This document shows positions 10,730-19,848 of a stretch of DNA of 32,118 nucleotides, piece after piece; positions within the stretch are counted from its first letter, which is position 1; each line of letters begins with the position of its first letter. The position numbers were made by a program, and so were the translations under genes. The notes below the pieces were generated by a model that did not search any database, was not told the DNA's origin, and worked only from the letters and a program-made list of their open reading frames with translations. The stretch is from Malassezia furfur (taxonomy: Eukaryota): assembly GCA_052055015.1 (NCBI GenBank), contig JBQJIT010000087.1; one strand, written 5' to 3'.

Positions 10730-10787
10730 GGCCGCGAAGAGGGCGAGCCGATCCTTTCGCCCGATGATCGGGCTCTCAGCGACGACG

Positions 10788-12628
10788 ATGGCCAGTGGAA
10801 CGGCGGCGCCTGCGGACGACGCGCACGCGTCGCTCGGGCTATGTGTCGGCAGCGGCGAAGAGACGCGCGCGCGGTCCGTGTTTGAGATGCCGCCCGATGC
10901 CGACGATGGGTGGGTGTGGTGCCGTGCGCGCGACCCCGAGGGTATGCACCGCATGTTTGCGCACATTGTGCACTATGTACGCGACGTTGAGCTCGGCGCA
11001 GTTGAGCCCAACGTGGTTGGTGACGACCGCACGCGCGTGCTGAGCGATCCGCTGGAGGAGTGCCCTACGCGCGAGGCGAACCCGGAGTACTACATTCGCG
11101 TATGTTCGCACTTAGACTCACCCAGATTGCACGGCCCACCTCGCTGCAGGCCATCACACATCGGATCGTCCATTGCGAGTATGCACAGCCGGCATTGTTT
11201 GAGCAAGACATGCTTCAGCTCTTTTCCAATGCGCGAACGTGGTATGGGATAGGCACGCCAGGATACAAGGAGATGGTGACGCTCCAGCGGCTCTACCAGC
11301 AGCTCACTCCGTCCAAGGCGAGTATGTACGACGGCGCAAACACCAAGCATGTCAAGGCGCGCTCAAACGACATTGATCTTGTGGACCAACGCCGCGCGCG
11401 TGCCAGTGCCGTCGACTTCTTTTCGTCCAGCGCATACGGGCCCGGCAATGAGCCACACACGCTGCACGAGCCACACACGCTGCTCGACGCCGCGTGGTTC
11501 AAGGGCCGCATGTACCGTACCGGCGACTGGGTGCACCTCATGAACCCCGTTGACCCATCACGCCCGATCGTTGCGCAAATCTTCCGCGTGTACAAGCGTC
11601 GCGACGTTCCAGGCACGTTTTTGACAGCCAATTGGTACTATCGGCCCGAGCAGACATCGCACGGTGCAGCACGGGTCTTTTATGAGAATGAGGTGCTCAA
11701 GACGGGCATTTTTGGTGACCATGTCTTGGAAGACATTGTAGAGGAGATTCTCGTGCTCTTCCACACCAAGTACGCTCGTGCACGGCCCAAGGCCGCGTAT
11801 AGCGCGCCCCAGGTGCCCACCTATATCGTCGAGTCTAAGTACGACGTGGCCCGGGCCGAGTTCCACAAAATTCAGAGCTGGGCCAGCTGTGTACCGACCG
11901 AGGTCCGTGAAAAGCGCACACCCATGGACGTGTTTGCCGTGCCGAGCTCCATGCCGCCGCGACAGCCGTCGCTGCTCACGACCAATGCCTATGCACCTGG
12001 ATTTGGACAGTTAATGGAGCACGCACGGGTCGACGACGAGCCGTACGAATATCGCGACCTGTTCGACACCGGCACGAAGGAGGAGGCTCAGGCGACGCCC
12101 GCACCACCGTCGATGCCCGCACCACGGCCGCCGACCGCGGGCCTATCGGCTGCGCATCCCGACCGCTTGCGTGCGTATGCGGCATTTCACATGGTGGCGA
12201 GCGACATTGCGCGCCGCACGAGTCCGGCGTCCTACGAAGCGATCCAAGCGGCACTCCTTGCCGATCCCGACATGTCGGCTGGCGCGCTCACGGCCCTGAG
12301 CGTGCGGCACAATATTCCCGACAGTCTGCTTGCACGCCTGCGCGATGCGGCGCGCAGTGCCGGCGTCCTGGAAAACGCCAAGACCGGCACCGCACCACGC
12401 GTGCCGAGCCTCGCGCCGGTGCTGGCGGCGCACCGCGCCGAAGCGCAGTTTACGCCACTGCCCCACGGCACCGCCGAGCTGTTCCGTCGCGACGCCGAGG
12501 GTCGGCTGCTGTGGTATGCGGCGCCGCCCCTAGATGGATGGCACGCGTCGACCGCGGTGCAGGATGGCACGACGCACCTGCCGTTGCCGAGCCTGGAATA
12601 CCTGTACGCGACGGTCCGCAAGACCTAG
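10788..12628 (+). CDS. Bromodomain + BAH-domain chromatin protein, RSC1/RSC2-like; intron 11100-11125 (26 nt); start codon uncertain
   Basis: Bromodomain-like segment PTREANPEYYIR|IARPTSLQAI..FEQDMLQLFSNARTWY; BAH domain YRTGDWVHLMNPVDPSRPIVAQIFR..WYYRPEQT..FYENEVLKT; C-terminal ELFRRDAEGRLLWYAAPP and LPSLEYL resemble the Rsc1/2 CT motifs. Confidence 0.82.
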
Positions 12629-12650
12629 ACTGTAGAATACTGCCAAGCGA

Positions 12651-13723
12651 CTATGGGTTCTTGCTTGCCTCGTCCTGTGCGGCGGCCGCCTGCCGTACCG
12701 GTGCAAAGTACGGGTGGCGCTGCGCCTCGAGGGCCGTGAGGCGCTCCTGGTGGTCGTAGCGCAGCAGGTGGTCCAAGAAGTCGAGCGCTTCGTCGGACAC
12801 GTACCGCTCGTTCTCGGGCGTGACAAAGCGCGGCCACGGCTTGCGCTGGTACCGGCCCAGTATGCCGTCATAGTGCGAGTCGAGCTCAATGTTGTACTTT
12901 TCCAAATAGGCAAATAGCCCATCGGTGCCCAGCACCTTGCAGATCTTCACAAGCTGGTCGTAGTTGTCGTGGCCGTGGAAGAACGGCTCCTTGCGGAAGA
13001 TCATGCTGGCGAACATGCAGCCCAGGCTCCACATATCCAGCGAGTAGTCGTATTCCTGGAAATCCACCAGCAGCTCGGGACCCTTGAAGTAACGCGAGGC
13101 GACGCGCACGTTGTATTCGGTATACGGGTGGTAAAACTCCGCCAGGCCCCAGTCAATCAGACGCAGCTTGCGCTTTTCGTGGTCAATCATGACGTTGTGG
13201 GGCTTCACGTCGCGGTGCATGATGCCGCGCGAATGACAAAAGTCAAGCGCCTTGAGCAGTTCAAAGATGTAGTAGCGCACGTCGAAGTCGGTAAAGCGTG
13301 GGTACAGCACCTTGAAATCGGTGTTGTTCACATACTCCGTAATGATCGACGGGGTTTTCGACTGCGGGTCGCGCACCACATCAATCAGCTGCACCACGTT
13401 GGGACCGCCACGAAGGTTTTGCAGGATTTTGATTTCACGCTTGATCTTCTTCTTCTTGACCGGCTTCAGCACCTTAATGATGCACTTGTCGTAGCCAGGA
13501 GAGGCCACATTAATTCCTTCGAACACTTCCGAATACTTGCCGCGCCCCACCTTTTGCAGAATCTCATAGTGGTCCTGCGTTCCCCTGCGGTTAGTCGGTC
13601 GCTTACCATTGCAACTGGAGATTGTCTGCATCAGATCAATTCGTACGTACCATAATCCCACCATGACCGTCCTCGCTTTTCGTTCGCGTCTGCGTACACC
13701 CGCGCCACGCTCAGTCCGGACAT
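12651..13723 (-). CDS. CKA1: Casein kinase II catalytic alpha subunit; introns 13626-13650 (25 nt) and 13585-13606 (22 nt)
   Basis: Spliced N-terminus [56 protein letters not shown]2-specific [35 protein letters not shown] and [11 protein letters not shown]. Confidence 0.97.
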
Positions 13724-13798
13724 AGGTGCTGCCGAAACGGTCGACGCAGTCCGTCGCACGTCGCGTTCCAAACGAAACCGTTCGCGCGGGCGATAATT

Positions 13799-13808
13799 AT
13801 CACGTGAC
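13799..13808. promoter_or_regulatory. E-box ATCACGTGAC (Cbf1-type bHLH site) in the 91-nt WRS1-CKA1 spacer, upstream of CKA1
   Basis: Matches RTCACGTG on both strands about 75 nt upstream of the CKA1 ATG; function inferred. Confidence 0.45.
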
Positions 13809-13814
13809 TCTTGT

Positions 13815-15149
13815 CTACGGTGCCGGCGCTGCGCCGTGCGGCACAGGCGGCGTGGGGTCAATTTTGCGCGTGGGGTCCATAAACTGCGCGACCAGCTCGT
13901 CGGTGACCTGCGCCTTGCGCTGCTGGAAGTCGCCCACAACGCGTTGAAGCTCAGCGATGCAGCGCTTCTTGAGCTCGCCAGTTAGCAGCCGGCCAGCACG
14001 GTAGTCCTCCGCAATCTGCGTAATCTCCTCGTCCGAGTCCACAAAGAACGTCAGGTACTGGAAGCTAACATCCACGTCGGGGTTGCCACCCAACCGGCGC
14101 TGCTCCTCCAGAGTTTCTTGACCACCGGAGAACGCGTGCTTGTTGATCTTGTTCTTGATCTGGTTGGGCGTGTCGTGCATAAAGATGCTCGACGTCTCGT
14201 TCGACGCACTCATCTTCGTCTGCGAGCCCTGCAATGCCGGGAAGAACTTGGAGTGAATCAGCGAAGGCTTAGGGTACTTGAGACGAACGGCCACGTCGCG
14301 CGTCTGACGGAAGTAGGGATCCTGGTCGATCGCACACGGAATCAAACAGGGCACGTCACTCTTTGTCCCATAGATTTGCGGGAACGAGTTGGAGAACGAG
14401 GGGGCTGCCTGCACAGCGACGAAGTGCACCTTGCCGATGCTGTCACTGTCATTGAACCCAAACGTGCCCTTCGACTGGTTTACCGTAATATAGCGCGCGA
14501 TGCGCACAATGTTCTTGTAGAAGGCACCTCCCACATAGTCCAGATCCGAGAAGATGAACGTCTTGTCCAGCTTGAAACCGCACGCAATAATATCGCGCGC
14601 GTTCTCGTATGCATACTTTTGCGCCTGCTCAATCTTCAGTTCATTCTTGAACAGGAACTTCTCGTCATCAGTGAGCTGGATAACCAGGGGCACATCAAAC
14701 ACATCCTGCAGCCACTGGGTGAACAAGAAGGGAATTAGATGGCCCAGGTGCATCGACGAGCTGCTAGGGCCACGGCCGGTGTATAGGTAGAACGGCTTCT
14801 GTTGCTCGTAGCGCGTGAGAATGAGGTCAAGCTCGCTGCGCTAATGAGCTAATACCACGTACCGATGACTGAAGAAGCTGCCACGACGGAGTAGAGGGTG
14901 CGGCTTGCGCCCCGTCAGGCGCTCGAAACGCTCCAGGAGAGCAGCATCAATCGGCTTCGTGCCAAACTCCTTAATGAGCTTGTTATAGTCGATCGAGACT
15001 TGCTTGCCATCGACGTAGCCACCCTCGACATCCCAAGGCGTTACCTTCTGCGCAGTATCACTTGCAGCGGCAGGCGCGCCGCCGTCAGACACCACCGAGG
15101 TCTTGGCCAAATCCTTCGCGAGGGATTCCATATCGTTGTTCTGCTCCAT
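13815..15149 (-). CDS. WRS1: Cytoplasmic tryptophanyl-tRNA synthetase; intron 14836-14862 (27 nt, contains in-frame TAG)
   Basis: [43 protein letters not shown] (HIGH equivalent), [17 protein letters not shown] (KMSKS equivalent) and [10 protein letters not shown]. The ORF-track start at 15194 is GTG; ATG is at 15149. Confidence 0.96.
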
Positions 15150-15209
15150 CTTGCTGACACAAGCAATCGGGTTTTCGGCGGCGGGCGTCTCCACCCGACG
15201 ATCTCCATC

Positions 15210-15604
15210 ATGGTGCGTCGCATGGCTGACCTCAGTTGATGTTCTCTGCGTTCAAGACGCTTACTGGGCAAACAGTCGTCGTCGAGTTGAAGAATGACCT
15301 TGCCATCCAGGGAACGCTCAAGAGCGTCGATCAGTACGTGAGCTGACTTACACAGATTCCTGAATTTCAAACTCGACGACATCAAGGTATTGGACCCCGG
15401 ACGTTACCCCCACATGGTGCGTTTTCTCACTGACAGCAGAGCGCTGTGCGCTCGACCTTTATCCGTGGGTCGGTTGTGCGCTATGTGTATATTCCCTCTG
15501 CCGCCGTCGACACGCAACTGCTGGAGGATGCGACGCGACGAGGTAGGTTGCCCTACATGACCCACGCTAACCGTGCAGAAGCAGAGACGCAGCGCCGTCG
15601 CTAA
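15210..15604 (+). CDS. LSM2: U6 snRNA-associated Sm-like protein Lsm2 (absent from ORF track); introns 15213-15235 (23), 15334-15355 (22), 15417-15439 (23), 15543-15578 (36)
   Basis: Spliced M|LMFSAFKTLTGQTVVVELKNDLAIQGTLKSVDQ|FLNFKLDDIKVLDPGRYPHM|SAVRSTFIRGSVVRYVYIPSAAVDTQLLEDATRRE|AETQRRR* matches the Lsm2 signatures VELKND, SVDQFLN, YPHM, FIRGSVVRYV and VDTQLL. Confidence 0.95.
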
Positions 15605-15654
15605 AAAGAAGCATGTGAGCATGCTGTATGGTATAGAGCTACCTAGTATGCATA

Positions 15655-17716
15655 TTATTGGGTATTTTCGCCGCGCCCTCGACGCGACATGGCCCAGGCC
15701 TTATGCTTGGACGAGAGGAAGGAGCCCAAGTTACCCAGCGCCGCGTAGCCCTGGGCCCCTGTCGCTTGTATCGCGGAGAGTGTCTCCTTTTTCCGAGTGT
15801 CCCAGGTCGCAGCAGTCTGTGTGGCGCTCTGTTCTTCCTCCGGCTCCGCGGCCCCGGCATCTTCAGAAGCGATCAGCTCAGCGCTGTTCCGCTGGGAACG
15901 CCCGGCTCGTGGTGTCTGCCAGCCCGCGTTGAGGCGCGCCAGATCTGACCGCCACGAGCTTGCGACTTTGGAAAGACCCGCACTGCCCGCCTGAATGGCC
16001 GCGCCGATAGCTTCGCGAGTGGGTGCCAGACTTTCATCGATGCGAAGATCGTGCAGGCCCGCCGAGAGGCGAAGCGCTGCGTCTGAGAGAACAGTCACCT
16101 TACCAGAGAAGGGATGCTTGCACCCAATCAGGTCGCAGAGTGTGTCGTCGGTTAGCGCATTCCATTGCAAGAACACACGTGTCTCGCGAAAAAGTTGAAT
16201 TGCTTCGCGACCATACTGCGTGACGGGCGAGTTGGGATCCATCGGTCCATCAGGCGCACGGGGAGGGAGCTGGGCGGCATACTTCGCTGTAGCCAAGAAG
16301 CCAAACACATACTCCTCGAATCGTGCGCGAAGGTAGTCGTCGCTACCCTCGTACTGCATCATAATCGGCTGGGCAGGATCATCTTCCTTCCACGTCTCCT
16401 GCACAACGTGGATGATTTGGTCCATCCAGTTTCTGTCGGCGGGTGTGAGCGAAACCGCACTACTCAGCGCGGGGTCGGTAAAATGAAGTTGCGTATGCTC
16501 CAGCTGCGGTCAGTCGTGGGGTCACATACATCGACAATGACGTCGGGTTTGTGTGCCCGTTGTTGCTTAAAGATGCTGTTGGTTGTCCCAACCAGCCACG
16601 ACTCGCTGGCGAGCATATCAATCTGTTGCAATGGACAACATGGCTGGAAGAATGCCCCCTCGCTGAACAAAGGCAAGGGTAATCCCATGAAAGCAAGCAA
16701 GCTGTTCCGATCGGACATGCGGAGCGACTCGGCCTTGACCCGACCCTGCGACAACGAGTTGAGTTCGGGGGAGGCTGCGTCTTGAAGTGACGAGAGCAGC
16801 GCTGGTATAAGGGCCACAAGGTTGTACTGAGTAGTGCACAATTTCTCCACAGGGTAACCGTAAAAGAGTATCTTGCGCTGAAGCAGAACGAGTTTCACTA
16901 ACGAAAGCGCTTTGAAGCGCCATTGGTGTACAAACTCACGGATGGATGTACCCATATACAGTGCACCATCCGCACCCTTCACTTCGTTCTTTGTATCTTT
17001 ATTGGAAGCTTGTCGCACCGTAGGCTCCAGGGTGTCGTAAAACTCCTCCAGTAACGCGACGTTGTTCAGATCCCTCTGGGCAAAATAGGCGCGTGTCACC
17101 ATTAAGAGCTTTTCGCGGAGTGGTCCGAAAATTGGCTGCATCAGTAGACACACGCACCTCAGTGGCAAGCACTACGACTGCTTTCTGTACCATGCTCCGC
17201 GTCACCTGAGCGCCCTTGTTAATCAGTTCATCGGATTGGATCTGGCGGTTGCACGAAATGCCAAACAGCGTGCTTGGGTACAGCGATGCACAAAGCATAT
17301 GAAAATAGCAGAAGTCTTCCTCCGACTGTGTTAGATTGGATGCGTACCAAATGGCTTCCGTCAGGGAGCGCCATGAAGGGGAGCCGACTGCATAGCTCTT
17401 CGTTCTCCATGAGCGAATTTGGATAAGCGTATTCCACTTGGGGGCCCACGAGGTGGTTCTAGGTTAGACATTCACATACAAAGTCAACAACACAAACGCC
17501 CAAGATTATCTGGGTACCTTGCGCGTGCAGGGGTGGGCGAGGTCCTCCAGTCCCCGCAGGTTGTGCGGCACGTTCGACCGCAGGTTTAGCCGGGGCTGGC
17601 GGCGTTGGTATCGCTCTCGAGGAAGCCGCAGAGGCAGCTGCATTGCCTTGATCCGTACCTCCTACTTTCCCCAGACGTTGAGAGTCCATGCCTTCCTGCT
17701 CTGCCGGTACATCCAT
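15655..17716 (-). CDS. AVL9: Late secretory pathway DENN-like protein Avl9; introns 17459-17479 (21), 17326-17347 (22), 17136-17157 (22), 16504-16529 (26)
   Basis: Spliced VCVVDF|NHLVGPQVEYAYP, LPFMALPDGSHL|SEEDFCYFH, TLFGISCNRQI, VTRSMVQKAVVVLATE|PIFGPLREKL..VTRAYFAQ, FFQP..PLQQIDML, LVGTTNSIF, LTPADRNWMD and YEGSDDYLRARFEEY. Confidence 0.93.
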
Positions 17717-17823
17717 GGCCTGTTCCGCCGTGCCGAACCACGCCAATGGAGGCAAGCGGAGATTTTTAGTAAACGACCCAAGTCTCGACCTACCCCGCAA
17801 AGCAAGGCTTGGTGGTGAGGACG

Positions 17824-18482
17824 ATGGATGCCTCCACGGCATCCAATGCAGAGCATGCACGGCCATTGCCTCTGACGAGCAATGCAGATACATCGACTAT
17901 ATCCTCAGAGACAAGTCTGTTTGCTGGAGACAATGTTTCCCAATCCATCTTGTCCCAACCGAAGGCGAGCGTCGATACGCTTGTAAGCGCGCAACCCGGG
18001 AAAACTGGTGTGCCGCCGACTGATCCTTTTCCCATCCGGTTTGTCTTAGAGACTCATCTGGCAGTATACCCCGTCAATTCAATGGGAAAGAAACAATTCA
18101 ATTTGACGATGTGGTTCCTCCGGCCCTTGTTGGCAGAGTAGGTCCTACTCCGTACTAAGTACAGGTTGATGAGGAACATTACAGGAGTCATGTCAAAGCA
18201 ATGAATGGTATCCTGGAATCCTCTGCTAGTCCGTGCTATGGACTTCTCGACAATGTGCTCACCAATATGACATTCCAGCTTTGGCCCCTGGTCGTGGGTA
18301 CCCACCATCAAAGAGTAGGTGAGCGTCTAACTCAGTGCATGGAGCAATTCTATCGCGAGCTGGACACGTTCCAGCACTCGGTGTTCACACCAGCGGCTTT
18401 GTACGTGGCGCCACCTCGCGATACCGCCTTTCTATATCTGGAAGTGCACAATGCGCGCTGCTCAGGCGACCAAGTTCCTTAG
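17824..18482 (+). CDS. ERF4: Erf4/Shr5/GOLGA7-family Ras palmitoyltransferase accessory subunit; introns 18039-18064 (26), 18138-18164 (27), 18315-18335 (21, in frame)
   Basis: Spliced PIR|IPRQFNGKETIQFDDVVPPALVGR|VDEEHYRSHVKAMNGILESSASPCYGLLDNVLTNMTFQLWPLVVGTHHQR|CMEQFYRELDTFQHSVFTPAALYVAPPRDTAFLYLEV follows the Erf4 domain pattern (RIPR..QF..P..L.GR..N.IL..LDN.L..TH..PR..AFL.LE). Recognised by eye; divergent. Confidence 0.75.
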
Positions 18483-18522
18483 AAGTGATATACCAATTGG
18501 TGCTGACGACTTCCCATCGTTG

Positions 18523-18621
18523 GACCCATTGGTACAGTGGTTAGCACGTGGAGCTGTTAATACTGGTCGTGTGTACGACTACAAAACTCTAAGGTCGCTG
18601 GTTCGATTCCAGCATGGGTCG
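18523..18621 (+). tRNA. tRNA-Asn(GTT) with 26-nt intron (copy 2, identical to copy 1)
   Basis: GACCCATTGGTACAGTGGTTAGCACGTGGAGCTGTTA-intron-ACTCTAAGGTCGCTGGTTCGATTCCAGCATGGGTCG; cloverleaf with A and B boxes. Confidence 0.95.
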
Positions 18622-18624
18622 TTC

Positions 18625-18642
18625 TTTTTGCAGAATTTTTTT
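18625..18642 (+). terminator. Pol III oligo-dT terminator(s) of tRNA-Asn copy 2
   Basis: T5 at 18625-18629 and T7 at 18636-18642, directly downstream of the tRNA. Confidence 0.75.
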
Positions 18643-18773
18643 GACCGCATCCCTGTACATGCGGCACCACTTTTGGTCGCGATAAGGTTCGGCGCAACAG
18701 CGCAGAGGCACAATCTAGAGGGTACACAGCTACACAAGCACAGAGCTCCATCTACATTCACTTGTGCTGAGGG

Positions 18774-19702
18774 TTAGTCACTTCTTGTGTCACGTACCCG
18801 TCGGTATTCTGCGACAAGCATCGCGTGATCGCGCTCGTACGGCTCCAGCGTGAGCTGTTCCCTGGGGCGGAACGAGCTCTTCTTCAGCTTGTTGACCTCC
18901 TCGGCAAACACGGCCTCAGGCTGCGCGGTTGAGTCAATGCAGCTGGCCTTGATCGAAATCACAACAGCGCCGCCGTTCTTAAGGAAGTACTCGGCGTTGT
19001 ACGCAACAATACGGGCCTGGTCGGGCTGCGCAACGTCCGCAAAGATGACATCGACCGTGCCGACGAGCATACGGTATTTCGCGGGGTGGCGCGCATCCTC
19101 GATAATCGGGATCACATTCGTGCGCTTTTTGGCCATGTTGATCAGATCACGGCCTGACCGGTGCGAGAACTCGACCGCGTATACAATCCCCTCAGGACCC
19201 ACAATGTCGGCGACGTGGCTCACACTGGTACCGCTCGCGGCACCCAGGTAGAGCACCTTGGCGCCCGGCTTGATGTGAATGTTGTCCAGACCACCGAGAA
19301 CACCAGCCGCAAGCTTGGAGCGGAACGGGTTCCACACACGGTATTCCACCTTGGCCACCGCCGGGTTCTCGTCCGTGCTCGGTGCCGCGTTAGGGTTCTC
19401 CACCGAGATACGCTTCTCGCCATAGACCGACTCGCCGGGCACCAGGTTCTTGGTCACCAAAAGGTGCTCCTTGCCCTCGGCCACGAACACACCGTCGTGG
19501 CGGTGCGGCTTGACCATGACATTCGAGCCACCGCCCTTGCCACCACGGGCACCGCCACGGCCACCGCCGCGACCGCCGCCGAAGCCACCGCGGCCGCCGC
19601 CGCGTCCACCACGGCCCGGGGGTCCACCACGTCCACGACCCGGAGGTCCGCCACGTCCACGATCACCTGGGGTCAGCCAGGGCCACACATACCAAATGCC
19701 AT
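18774..19702 (-). CDS. NOP1: Fibrillarin, rRNA 2'-O-methyltransferase; intron 19667-19692 (26 nt)
   Basis: MAFG|DRGRGG GAR domain, [62 protein letters not shown] and [13 protein letters not shown]. Confidence 0.97.
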
Positions 19703-19788
19703 TTCTTTTTTTTCTGTTGCAAGCGCTCGCTTCGTGCGCCGTACGAAAAGAGCGACGGCCCGCTTTTTTTTCCGGACACATGGGTGGC

Positions 19789-19796
19789 CACGTGAC
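19789..19796. promoter_or_regulatory. E-box CACGTGAC in the NOP1/gamma-tubulin bidirectional promoter
   Basis: Reads GTCACGTG on the minus strand (Cbf1-type consensus) within a 146-nt divergent spacer that also has T-tracts; function inferred. Confidence 0.45.
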
Positions 19797-19848
19797 TTGC
19801 ACCGAGGCGCGTCGTGCGCGTTGAGGTGTTTCGCAACGCGCGGAGACG

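Noticed and set aside
11449..11487. Short tandem duplication (EPHTLH/EPHTLL), and CCTCCACCTG x2 just upstream of the BCS1 ATG
   Set aside because: Two-copy slippage duplications with no array structure or evident function.
18622..18773. Possible snoRNA or centromere core between tRNA-Asn and NOP1
   Set aside because: No clear C/D or H/ACA box arrangement and not strongly AT-rich; consistent with the NOP1 3' UTR.
19530..19666. GGY/CGY-rich repeats
   Set aside because: Normal fibrillarin GAR (RGG) domain coding sequence.
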